DNA of 57,953 bases. Source: Patescibacteria group bacterium (GTDB lineage Bacteria; Patescibacteriota; Microgenomatia; UBA8517). This document shows, piece by piece, positions 9,091 through 17,526 of this stretch. The first letter of the stretch is position 1. Each line of letters begins with the position of its first letter. The position numbers and the translations under genes are program-made. The stretch is taken from contig JBGPAU010000002.1 of assembly GCA_041480845.1 (NCBI GenBank), positions 1-57,953 of the forward strand, in the 5' to 3' direction. The notes below the pieces were generated by a model. It saw nothing but the letters and a program-made list of their open reading frames with translations, searched no databases and was not told where the DNA came from.

Positions 9091-10938
9091 ATGGAAAAAA
9101 TACTAATGGGAGGGGTTGTCGGATTCGTCCTCTTTACACTCATTTCCTACCTCCTAATAGTTCTAAACATCCCCTTCCTCATTATCCCAATTGTTCTTTT
9201 GGCAATTTTTATAGGCGCCAAGCCTTTGGTTAAAGAGCTGAGACAAATCAGAATTAAACTTGATAAGACGACTATCATTATCCTTACAGTCTTTACTGTC
9301 GGAATTATCGGACAATTGTTGGTTATTTCACCAAGCGGAATTTTTAAAAACGGGAATTTGCCTTTTTGGTCGGCCCATGGTCACGACGCATCTTGGCATA
9401 TAGCTCTTATGCAGCAAATCAAAAAGGATTATCCTTTTCAAAACCCTGTTTTTGCCGGAGAAAAACTTATTAACTACCATTTCTTTTCTGATATCGCCCC
9501 CGCAATAATCAGCAAATATTTGCCTATATCCGATCTGAATTTGTATTTCAGAATATTTCCTTTTATATACTCCCTTTTCTTCGGCGCATCTGCATACTTT
9601 CTTACCAAGAAAATTACCGGCAGCCGCTTAGCCGGTATCTGGGGAGTGATTTTTTCATATTTTGCCGGAAGTTTTGGGTACATTATCGGCAAGGGTGAAA
9701 GTGTCTTTTGGGCAACTCAACCGCAAAGCGCAAGCGGAAACCCACCACAAATCATCTCGGATTTTATTGTGATGGCAGCACTTTACTACCTTTTTATGCT
9801 CTTGCAGAAAAAGGGCAACAAATTCACTTTCTGGATTTGCGTACTTCTCGCCGGCGCGCTTGCCGAATTTAAAGTCTATGCCGCAATAGTTCTCCTAGGG
9901 GCTTTTTCTTTGGCCGGTGTCTGGCAACTTATTAGGGAAAGGAAGATTCAACTACTGCTTTTGACAATTGTAAGCGGCGCTTTGGCTGCGGTTTTATATT
10001 TACCAAATTCAAGCGGAACGGTATCCTTTTTAATATTTCAGCCCTGGTGGTACATCAGAACCATGATTGTTGAGCCCTCCCGCCTAAACCTACTTGACTG
10101 GGAACTTCGGCGTCAAACATATATTTATGAGCATAACTGGAAAAGAGTGATATTTCTGGAAGGATTAGGATTTCTTATCTTTTTCTTTGGGAATTTGGGA
10201 ATGAGGTTTATCGGTTTGTGGGACGGCTTTAAATTTATAAAAAGTTCGCTCAAGAATTATTTTAATTTAATATTTATTTCAATAATATTAATTTCCCTGA
10301 TCCTCCCGCTAATATTTTTGCAAAAAGGTGTTGCCAGTAACACAAGCCAATTTCTTCAATACTTTGTCCTTTTAACCGGAATACTTGCCGGCATTACGAT
10401 GGCAAAAGTTATAAAACTGGTTAAATTTCCGGTATTTCAAATACTTATAACCACAATGCTCATTGCTGCAATGGTCCCCACCCAAGTTGGGCTTCTACAT
10501 GATTTCTACTCACGCCCTGCTTTTGCCAAAGTTTCAGCAGCTGAAATCCGGGCACTTAACTACATTAAGGACAATGCGCCAAAAGATGCTGTTATATTAA
10601 CCCCTCCCTACAACCAGTACCCGAATCTCGGAGGCGCCACACCAAATATTTGGGGTTGGTTCGATACCGGTTATGTGTCCGCCTTCTCAGCGCGCATTAC
10701 CTACTTTGACGATCACGAACAGGTGGACATCATGGGGTACGAATGGAGAGGACGTCTGGCGATAAAAGAAAGCCTGTTTAAAGAAAAGAATCCGAATGTC
10801 TTCATGGAAAAGTTCAATGAAACAAATTCACAAATCCTCTATTTTCCTAAAGCTCTCCGTCCTGCCGTAGATTTGACAAAAACCGGGTTAACTAAGATTT
10901 ACGAAAACTCTGAGGTAGAAGTCTGGAAAACAAGTTAG
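9091..10938 (+). CDS. Large polytopic membrane protein of an unassigned family (group C1), putative glycosyltransferase/polymerase
   Basis: 615 aa. Contains HDASWHIALMQQI...QNPVFAGEKLINYHFFSD, GESVFWATQPQSASGNPP and a soluble C-terminal domain. Clear paralog of 12664-14325. Confidence 0.7.
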   Translation: MEKILMGGVVGFVLFTLISYLLIVLNIPFLIIPIVLLAIFIGAKPLVKELRQIRIKLDKTTIIILTVFTVGIIGQLLVISPSGIFKNGNLPFWSAHGHDASWHIALMQQIKKDYPFQNPVFAGEKLINYHFFSDIAPAIISKYLPISDLNLYFRIFPFIYSLFFGASAYFLTKKITGSRLAGIWGVIFSYFAGSFGYIIGKGESVFWATQPQSASGNPPQIISDFIVMAALYYLFMLLQKKGNKFTFWICVLLAGALAEFKVYAAIVLLGAFSLAGVWQLIRERKIQLLLLTIVSGALAAVLYLPNSSGTVSFLIFQPWWYIRTMIVEPSRLNLLDWELRRQTYIYEHNWKRVIFLEGLGFLIFFFGNLGMRFIGLWDGFKFIKSSLKNYFNLIFISIILISLILPLIFLQKGVASNTSQFLQYFVLLTGILAGITMAKVIKLVKFPVFQILITTMLIAAMVPTQVGLLHDFYSRPAFAKVSAAEIRALNYIKDNAPKDAVILTPPYNQYPNLGGATPNIWGWFDTGYVSAFSARITYFDDHEQVDIMGYEWRGRLAIKESLFKEKNPNVFMEKFNETNSQILYFPKALRPAVDLTKTGLTKIYENSEVEVWKTS

Positions 10939-11485
10939 AATAAATACTTTTTATAACCATAATTTTACTTACAGGTTTAAAATATAAAACAATCGGAAGA
11001 CCCCCGGGATATGCTTTTTGATCGTAAGTATATTGCTCTATCCAATTCGGCGGGTTTTGAGCAAGAAAAACTTCAACTTTATCTTCCGGTCCTGCTGCAG
11101 GTGAGGCTAATGTAAAAACATAGGTTTTATTTTCCGAGTCAGCGATGGGATCAAATATAAACTTAACAAAACTGCCATCTTCAACATTTTGACCGCTTAT
11201 GACAACGGTCCTTACTACAGTCATTTTCTCTTCAAAAAGATTCAGGATGATATCCTTTTTGTTTTTTAGATTAGGATTTTTTATTGAGGTCCCTATTGCC
11301 GATAAATTTCCACTCTGCGATACAAATTTTTGAGATACATTTCTTATGTCATAAATACTTAATGTATAGTTATAGCCGGGTTGGTCATCTCCCGGAATCA
11401 ATTTTATCCCCAAGGCAAGAATGGCAGGAACAGCAAACACTAAAAGTAATATTGAGATTGTAGTAAACCAAATTAATTTTTTCAT
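10892..11485 (-). CDS. Hypothetical membrane-anchored extracytoplasmic protein
   Basis: 197 aa with a single N-terminal TM (IWFTTISILLLVFAVPAILAL). ATGA overlap with the upstream GT-C-like gene. Its 3' end overlaps the convergent 9091-10938 gene by 47 nt. Confidence 0.55.
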   Translation of the reverse strand: MKKLIWFTTISILLLVFAVPAILALGIKLIPGDDQPGYNYTLSIYDIRNVSQKFVSQSGNLSAIGTSIKNPNLKNKKDIILNLFEEKMTVVRTVVISGQNVEDGSFVKFIFDPIADSENKTYVFTLASPAAGPEDKVEVFLAQNPPNWIEQYTYDQKAYPGGLPIVLYFKPVSKIMVIKSIYSNLFSRLLPQSFRKS

Positions 11486-12657
11486 ATACTTTCCCGTTCC
11501 TTGAAAATCTTATACGTCATTACTAAACTTCCGGCCGCGAGAACCGAATGGAAAACTGACTGCAAATTGGTAGGATCATAAACTTTCTGAATTATTGTAA
11601 ACGGCGTGGGCAAGAGATCATACCATGTGCTATAAACCCTGAAAAGCGAAATCGTCATGTACCTGTCCTGGTAAAGCATCGGTATAGCGAAAGCTATTAT
11701 GCCAAAAAAGAATATAAGCCAGGAAAGGAGTGGTTTTTTTACAGACAATATAACCAAAAACGGTGTGACCCAGAGAAGCCATTGAATATGGAATAGCATA
11801 AAAGAAAAAATCATCAAAAATAACGCAACCCAATAATTAAAGAGGTTTATTTTTTTGTCAATAAGGACAGCGTAAAAGAATAGTGTGGAGAGAGCCAGGG
11901 TTGTAAAATCTGATGTAAAAATACCAGTGGTAAGGCCCGAAACCAGCGCCGATTGGAAAAAGGCAGGTGAAATAAACGGCAATATGATTAATCCAAAAGT
12001 TATCAATGGGGTAATCGTAAGAATAATCTTTTCTTTCAAATCGCGTCCGGCCAAGAATAAAAACGGAATAAATAAAAGTGGATATAGTTTAAATCCGGAG
12101 GCCAAACCGAGAATTAGTGATGCATAAAATAATCTCTGTTTCTTGATCATTAAAAACGCCAGGATTGTCAGAACAACCGGAAAGATATCGATATTGGAAA
12201 AAACATAAATTATAATAATTGTGAATGGATTGAATAGCCAAAAAATAAATGCTTTCTTCTTTTCCTCCTTGTTGTCAAAAAACTTCATAAGAAGAAATGC
12301 AATTGCGATATCTAAAACTAAGTAGGGTAATTTTAGAGCTACCAAATATTTAAAAATATTTGGATCCTTTATCATCGAACTAGAACCTGCATTTGCCAGC
12401 CAAGAATCTAAACTGCTGCCAAAAATCGGCGAAATGACTGCCTGATACCCACCCAGAGCAAAATAAGTTAACGGAAAATATACAAAATCATCTTTTAATG
12501 GCAAAGTCTTCTTGTTTTGCACCAGATAAGTGTAGATATTGAAAATTCCCTTTTTTAGAAAAGAAGCTTGATAGTTGAAAGTTTTAATGTCCGGGTGAAA
12601 TAGAAAGGCTGCAACCAGAAGCCTCAAAGCGATAGCAAGGAGAAGAAGTTTTTTCAT
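11482..12657 (-). CDS. Polytopic membrane protein, GT-C-like (DUF2029/GT87-like by appearance)
   Basis: 391 aa, almost entirely hydrophobic helices. The family assignment comes from general resemblance only. Confidence 0.55.
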   Translation of the reverse strand: MKKLLLLAIALRLLVAAFLFHPDIKTFNYQASFLKKGIFNIYTYLVQNKKTLPLKDDFVYFPLTYFALGGYQAVISPIFGSSLDSWLANAGSSSMIKDPNIFKYLVALKLPYLVLDIAIAFLLMKFFDNKEEKKKAFIFWLFNPFTIIIIYVFSNIDIFPVVLTILAFLMIKKQRLFYASLILGLASGFKLYPLLFIPFLFLAGRDLKEKIILTITPLITFGLIILPFISPAFFQSALVSGLTTGIFTSDFTTLALSTLFFYAVLIDKKINLFNYWVALFLMIFSFMLFHIQWLLWVTPFLVILSVKKPLLSWLIFFFGIIAFAIPMLYQDRYMTISLFRVYSTWYDLLPTPFTIIQKVYDPTNLQSVFHSVLAAGSLVMTYKIFKERESI

Positions 12658-12663
12658 ATTTAC

Positions 12664-14325
12664 TTATAGTACCTTGTAAATATTAACATCATTGTTCTCA
12701 AAAATCTTGATCATGGGATATTCCTGCTCTCCCGCCGGCAGATGATAAATCTTAGGCAAATAAATATAGCGGATATTGTTGTCCTTCAAAAATTTACCCG
12801 ACCAGCGTAAATCTTTCTCTACAAAAAAACGGTTTGCTTCGTCGACTCTGTTTTTGTAATTTGTATCAAGAATAATTTGCTGTTCAGCGTCTTCAATAAA
12901 AACCGATTTCCCGGAAAAAGCCGATACATAGGCATTATCGGCATATACAGATAACAGGTATGGATCCTTAAAATTTCCCCTAAGGGTTGGGTCATATGGG
13001 TGTTTTAAGATAGTTCCGGGTGCTTCTTTCTTTAAAAAATCAAGCGCCCGGTATTCCCCTACAGGTAAATATGCCGGGGGATTTGGATAGAGCCAACTCC
13101 TGAATGTTGCTATGGAACTTATCGGTGTAATTAAAATAATCGCAACCGCTACGGGAATCGCAATTTTTTTGAGTGAGTTAGCAGCATAAAGTCCTGCAAA
13201 AAATAAGAAGTAATAAAAGAACTGAATAACATTCCAGGGGTTTCCCTTTTGTACAAAAAGGAGTGTTGGAATTACTGAGACCACCATCAATGCAAAAATA
13301 AACAGGTGTAAATCGTCTTTGAAATATTTCTTGCCGATCCCCCAAAGGGAAATGATCCTTGTTCCTAAGTTTCCGGCGAAAAATATGAATAAGCTTATCA
13401 CCTCGACTGCAGCGTAATTAATCCATTTGCCGCCGCCTATATAGGCAAATCTTCTGGCGGTAAAATTCGGAATACCTACCCTATCTCCCGCATCAATCAT
13501 TGTATCTATCAGCCAAAGCGGCTGGAACGCGATTAAACCTGCAGCTCCGCGGCTAATTGATAAATAAACAGCTAAAAATATTCCTCCGGAAAGAATAAAA
13601 ACCGGCAGTAGACTGAAATCCTTGTCAAAAAATATTTTCTTTACAGTTAAAATAAAAAGACCTGATAGCATAATTGCCCCGGCATAAGCCTTAAAGCCAA
13701 CCAAAAGACCAATCGCAACTGATAAAATTAGGCCCTTAATGAGGTTTGGTTTTTTAAGATACAGATCCAGTAGAATGATCGCAAATATTATTATCACCAA
13801 CGATATTGCATAAGGTGGGTTTAAGTTTATTGAAACAGGCTGATTTGCCCAAAAGGCTGATTCTCCGGCTAATGGTTGATGCTTGATTAGACTTACTATC
13901 CAGCCGAAACTGCTGCCAAAATAGGTAAAAAATACAGCAAGTAAACTTACTGCTTTGTTTCTAAAAAGCCTTCGGGCAAGAATATATGTCCCGATTCCCA
14001 AAAGAACTGAGAAAATAAACGGAAATAACCGATAGATAAGAAGCGGCGAGGCAATACCTAAAAACTTGGAGGACGCTGCAACCAACAAATCGTAAAAATA
14101 GTGATAGTTAGATAGCGCCTGACCGGCAAACCCCGGGTTTTGAGGAGGAACGGCCAATTTCAATTGATTAACCAGTGCCTCGTGCCAAACTCCATCCCGC
14201 GCAAGCGGCCCGAAATATCCGATTCCGTAATTATAAAGAAGTCCACTTCGAAACATGGCAACACCCTGGAAAACTACACCCACCAATATCAATACGGCTA
14301 AAATAATTTTGGAGAGTTTGGTCAT
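12664..14325 (-). CDS. Large polytopic membrane protein of an unassigned family (group C2)
   Basis: 553 aa. Contains RDGVWHEALVNQL...QNPGFAGQALSNYHYFYD and GESAFWANQPVSINLNPP. Paralog of 9091-10938. Confidence 0.7.
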   Translation of the reverse strand: MTKLSKIILAVLILVGVVFQGVAMFRSGLLYNYGIGYFGPLARDGVWHEALVNQLKLAVPPQNPGFAGQALSNYHYFYDLLVAASSKFLGIASPLLIYRLFPFIFSVLLGIGTYILARRLFRNKAVSLLAVFFTYFGSSFGWIVSLIKHQPLAGESAFWANQPVSINLNPPYAISLVIIIFAIILLDLYLKKPNLIKGLILSVAIGLLVGFKAYAGAIMLSGLFILTVKKIFFDKDFSLLPVFILSGGIFLAVYLSISRGAAGLIAFQPLWLIDTMIDAGDRVGIPNFTARRFAYIGGGKWINYAAVEVISLFIFFAGNLGTRIISLWGIGKKYFKDDLHLFIFALMVVSVIPTLLFVQKGNPWNVIQFFYYFLFFAGLYAANSLKKIAIPVAVAIILITPISSIATFRSWLYPNPPAYLPVGEYRALDFLKKEAPGTILKHPYDPTLRGNFKDPYLLSVYADNAYVSAFSGKSVFIEDAEQQIILDTNYKNRVDEANRFFVEKDLRWSGKFLKDNNIRYIYLPKIYHLPAGEQEYPMIKIFENNDVNIYKVL

Positions 14326-15896
14326 CTTTTTTTGTCTGGTTTTACAATAATTACAACAGCAAAAATTAAGCCAAATAAAGAAATTAAGTCCAATACTCCT
14401 CTAAACAGAGTCTCTTTGAAGGCAACTCTAACTTCGTGTACGCCTGCAGGAACTTTAAATTCTATTTGGCCGTAGGGTTTGCCTGCATAGACTTCAATCT
14501 TTTTGCCGTCAATCCACGCCGTCCATCCCGGGAAATAGTATTTAAAATAATCAAAAGTTGTCTCCTTTGTATAATTTACCTTAAGCGTAGCGTCAAGCCC
14601 CGGGTTCGGAGAAATTTTATCGGGACGTATCTCAGTAGCAACCGGTAATCGCAGATATTCCTCTCCTGTTTTGAGATACTCAGCAGACGCAACAGGAACC
14701 GGAATATACCTGTTTACAAAGTAGTTATCCATTCTGCCCAAAAAGTCGTGTGGCTTAAAATCGATAAAGTTCAGGCCAATAGCGGCAATAATTATTAAAA
14801 CACCGATGATTTTCCCGAATTTAACTTTGTCGAATATTATTACCAGTATTGATGTTGCAAATGTGGTTAAACTTAAAAATCTCCAAGGGAACTGAAAATA
14901 AGGCAAGAGCGGAACCAGGTTCCAAACAAACGTTGATCTGTAATTCATCATAAATACAGAGACGGCGACCATGACAAGTGCCCAGATTGCAATCTTATTC
15001 AGCTTCTTAATTAGTACTAAGGCACATACTATCAAGGCTATATTGATGGCACCCAAAAAGAAGCTCATGCCATCGTATGGGCCCGGAACGCTTGCACCAT
15101 AGCCAAAATAAGGAGTAATAAGCTGCTTAAGAGTCGGAAAATGGTCAACAAAATTGAAAACGGTGTCATATTTCATCAGCCCGCTTTCAACAATCGCAGG
15201 CAGCCAAAAATACAAACTCACCAAGAGTCCCAGTACAAATCCGTAAATTGACCGTACTAATGCCCTGGGCTGCCATAATGCAAATAATGCCAAAAATGGA
15301 ACGAACATGTAAGCCATAATATTGTGTGACAATATGAGTCCGGCGGTTGCGAGTGCTAAAAGTCCGATCCATCTCGCCGCTCTTTCTTTGCCAATTTTTG
15401 AAATGACATAAGCAGCCAGAGGAGGAAAAACAAATGCCAATATTTCTCCTATCGATCCTCTGACATAGATATCGGTTGCTCTATATGGTGTGTAGGTATA
15501 TAAAACTGCGCCGGCAAGAGCAAGAATTTCACCGGTGTGTTCTTTTAAAAACTTGTACATAAAGTACATCGAAAGAGGTACGCTTAGAACAAACACGGCC
15601 TTAATGCTATCAACAAAAGTTAAGCCCAACTTGTGAAAAATTTCTCCAATATAAAACGGTAGTGGAAAAACAAAATTAAAAAGCGGATAGCCAAAACCAA
15701 AACTAAGATCCGGAACAAATCTGGGAGGAAATTTGCCGAAGTTTATAACTCTATCCATTTCATAAAGCCAACCTATATGTAAATCATCGCTGGCTCCATA
15801 AAAACCATGAACAAAAAGTGCCCAAACAGCAGGTATGGATAAGGCAAGAATTATTAAAAGTAAATATTTAGCTGTAAATTTTTGAATTTTTTCCAT
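14322..15896 (-). CDS. PTPS-related/COG5617-like polytopic membrane protein (putative GT-C), paralog B1
   Basis: 524 aa. Contains SDDLHIGWLYEMDRVINFGKFPPRFVPDLSFGFGYPLFNFVFPLPFYIGE and FQFPWRFL, plus a C-terminal beta-rich domain and a terminal TM. Confidence 0.7.
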   Translation of the reverse strand: MEKIQKFTAKYLLLIILALSIPAVWALFVHGFYGASDDLHIGWLYEMDRVINFGKFPPRFVPDLSFGFGYPLFNFVFPLPFYIGEIFHKLGLTFVDSIKAVFVLSVPLSMYFMYKFLKEHTGEILALAGAVLYTYTPYRATDIYVRGSIGEILAFVFPPLAAYVISKIGKERAARWIGLLALATAGLILSHNIMAYMFVPFLALFALWQPRALVRSIYGFVLGLLVSLYFWLPAIVESGLMKYDTVFNFVDHFPTLKQLITPYFGYGASVPGPYDGMSFFLGAINIALIVCALVLIKKLNKIAIWALVMVAVSVFMMNYRSTFVWNLVPLLPYFQFPWRFLSLTTFATSILVIIFDKVKFGKIIGVLIIIAAIGLNFIDFKPHDFLGRMDNYFVNRYIPVPVASAEYLKTGEEYLRLPVATEIRPDKISPNPGLDATLKVNYTKETTFDYFKYYFPGWTAWIDGKKIEVYAGKPYGQIEFKVPAGVHEVRVAFKETLFRGVLDLISLFGLIFAVVIIVKPDKKR

Positions 15897-17526
15897 ATTT
15901 AAGCAGTAATAACAATCCTAAAATACTCGTCAGAGACAGTGTATTGGCTAGTGTTCTTACGAGAGTATTCCTGAACTCTCCTTTAACCTGATACTCGCCC
16001 TTAGGAAGATTAATCTCAATTCTCCCTAAAACATTATTATGGGAGTGTGGAAAAATTTTACCATTCACAATAACCGTCCAGTTCGGAAAATCAAAAACCG
16101 GCACGGCGATGCTCGAATCCTTAATAATTTCTGTATCGAACCTCCAGTTATTTGACTTATTTGTAAAATTTTTTATGGTTCCCAAGCCCCGAATTAAAAA
16201 CGGAGAGGTTGGAGCCAACTCCCTAGGTTCCAGTGCGGTCTTGGGGAGATAATCCAAAAGAGCACCTTTTTGTTGGTCAATAAAGTTTTGCCCCGAAAGA
16301 AGTTCCTTATCGGTCAAGTTGTAATAAAAATGCTCGGGCTTAAAATACTGCCAGTTTAATATTACTGTTAACGCAATAATTATTGTCGAAACTGCTACCA
16401 GATGTTTTCCTTTAAAGAGTGAGGTAAAATAACCTCCCAGCAAACTTGATGAAAAAATTACTATTGATAAAAACCTCCACGGAAACTGAACATAAGCTAA
16501 AATTTTGAAGAGTTCCCAAATCGGGGCAGATTTGTTATGCGTCATTAGTACTCCCAGTCCAAACATCAAGAATAAAAACGTAAAAAGAAGAACATTTTTC
16601 TTTTTCTTACCGACAATTACGGCAAAAAGGGCTAATACCACCAGCCACCACTGAGGCCAGCCTATTTGATAAGAAATTGTATTAGACGACTGTGGCTGTG
16701 AACCAGCATAATTCCATGATCTGTCGATAAATAGCTGCGATACTTTTACAAATTGCGCCCTGAAGTCCAGCTCAGCTCTGGTTAAGGCATCCGTCTGTAC
16801 TAGACCCTTTTCAAAAAATGCCGGAAGGATAAAAAATGCCGAAAGTCCCAGAGCCAATCCCAAACTTAAAAGAGAAACCTTTAAACCTTTCCACTTTCCT
16901 TTATATAGCCAAAAGAATACCCAAATAATTATTAACGGTGTAAAGATTAAGGTCATAATATTGTGCGACACAAAGAATAGGAAAGTCGAAATTGTGGCCA
17001 ATGCGAAATATTTACGATTTTTTGATTTAATTAAGCGTAAAAAGAAGTAAAAAACAAAAGGAATAATTGCAAGTGCAAAACTCTCCCCTACCGCTCCCCT
17101 GACATACGAATCCAATGCTCTATAAGGAGCAAAAAAATAAAGTACAGCTCCGACAAGTCCCGGAACCCTGCCGAAAAGGTCTTTTGCCAAAAGATACATA
17201 CCCACCGCTCCGAAAACCAAAGGTAAAAAGAAAAGTAGTTTTGCCGCCCCGATATAACCCAAGATATAACTTGCAACCGCTCCTAAATAATAAGGTAGCG
17301 GTCCGTAAAAATTAAAAAGCGGGTAGCCGTTTCCATAGCCCATGTCGGGAACCCATCTGCAAGGAATTTGTAAATCGGCAAAGCATTTCCTCATCTCAAA
17401 TACGCGTATCACCTGCAGATTATCGTGATGAGAAAAATACCCGGGAACAAAAAGCGGCCAGGTAATAAGGCCCGATAAAGCCAAAATCAATATTAAGGGC
17501 CAGTTATTTAGAAAAAACTTTTTCAT
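15868..17526 (-). CDS. PTPS-related/COG5617-like polytopic membrane protein (putative GT-C), paralog B2
   Basis: 552 aa. Contains HHDNLQVIRVFEMRKCFADLQIPCRWVPDMGYGNGYPLFNFYGPLPYYLGA, VQFPWRFL and FDFPNW. Confidence 0.7.
   Translation of the reverse strand: MKKFFLNNWPLILILALSGLITWPLFVPGYFSHHDNLQVIRVFEMRKCFADLQIPCRWVPDMGYGNGYPLFNFYGPLPYYLGAVASYILGYIGAAKLLFFLPLVFGAVGMYLLAKDLFGRVPGLVGAVLYFFAPYRALDSYVRGAVGESFALAIIPFVFYFFLRLIKSKNRKYFALATISTFLFFVSHNIMTLIFTPLIIIWVFFWLYKGKWKGLKVSLLSLGLALGLSAFFILPAFFEKGLVQTDALTRAELDFRAQFVKVSQLFIDRSWNYAGSQPQSSNTISYQIGWPQWWLVVLALFAVIVGKKKKNVLLFTFLFLMFGLGVLMTHNKSAPIWELFKILAYVQFPWRFLSIVIFSSSLLGGYFTSLFKGKHLVAVSTIIIALTVILNWQYFKPEHFYYNLTDKELLSGQNFIDQQKGALLDYLPKTALEPRELAPTSPFLIRGLGTIKNFTNKSNNWRFDTEIIKDSSIAVPVFDFPNWTVIVNGKIFPHSHNNVLGRIEINLPKGEYQVKGEFRNTLVRTLANTLSLTSILGLLLLLKYGKNSKIYS

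Noticed and set aside
9066-9143. N-terminal extension MSVKRTNPTTPPISIFSITKLNYNGY of the GT39-like gene
   Set aside because: It would overlap the divergent 9091 gene head-to-head by 53 nt. All paralogs begin directly with a short basic segment plus a TM, as the ATG at 9065 does.
10658-10668. GGTTCGATACC, a T-loop-like string suggesting a tRNA
   Set aside because: It lies in frame inside the 9091-10938 CDS, encoding WFDTG next to the paralog-conserved YVSAFS. I could not see flanking acceptor or anticodon stems.
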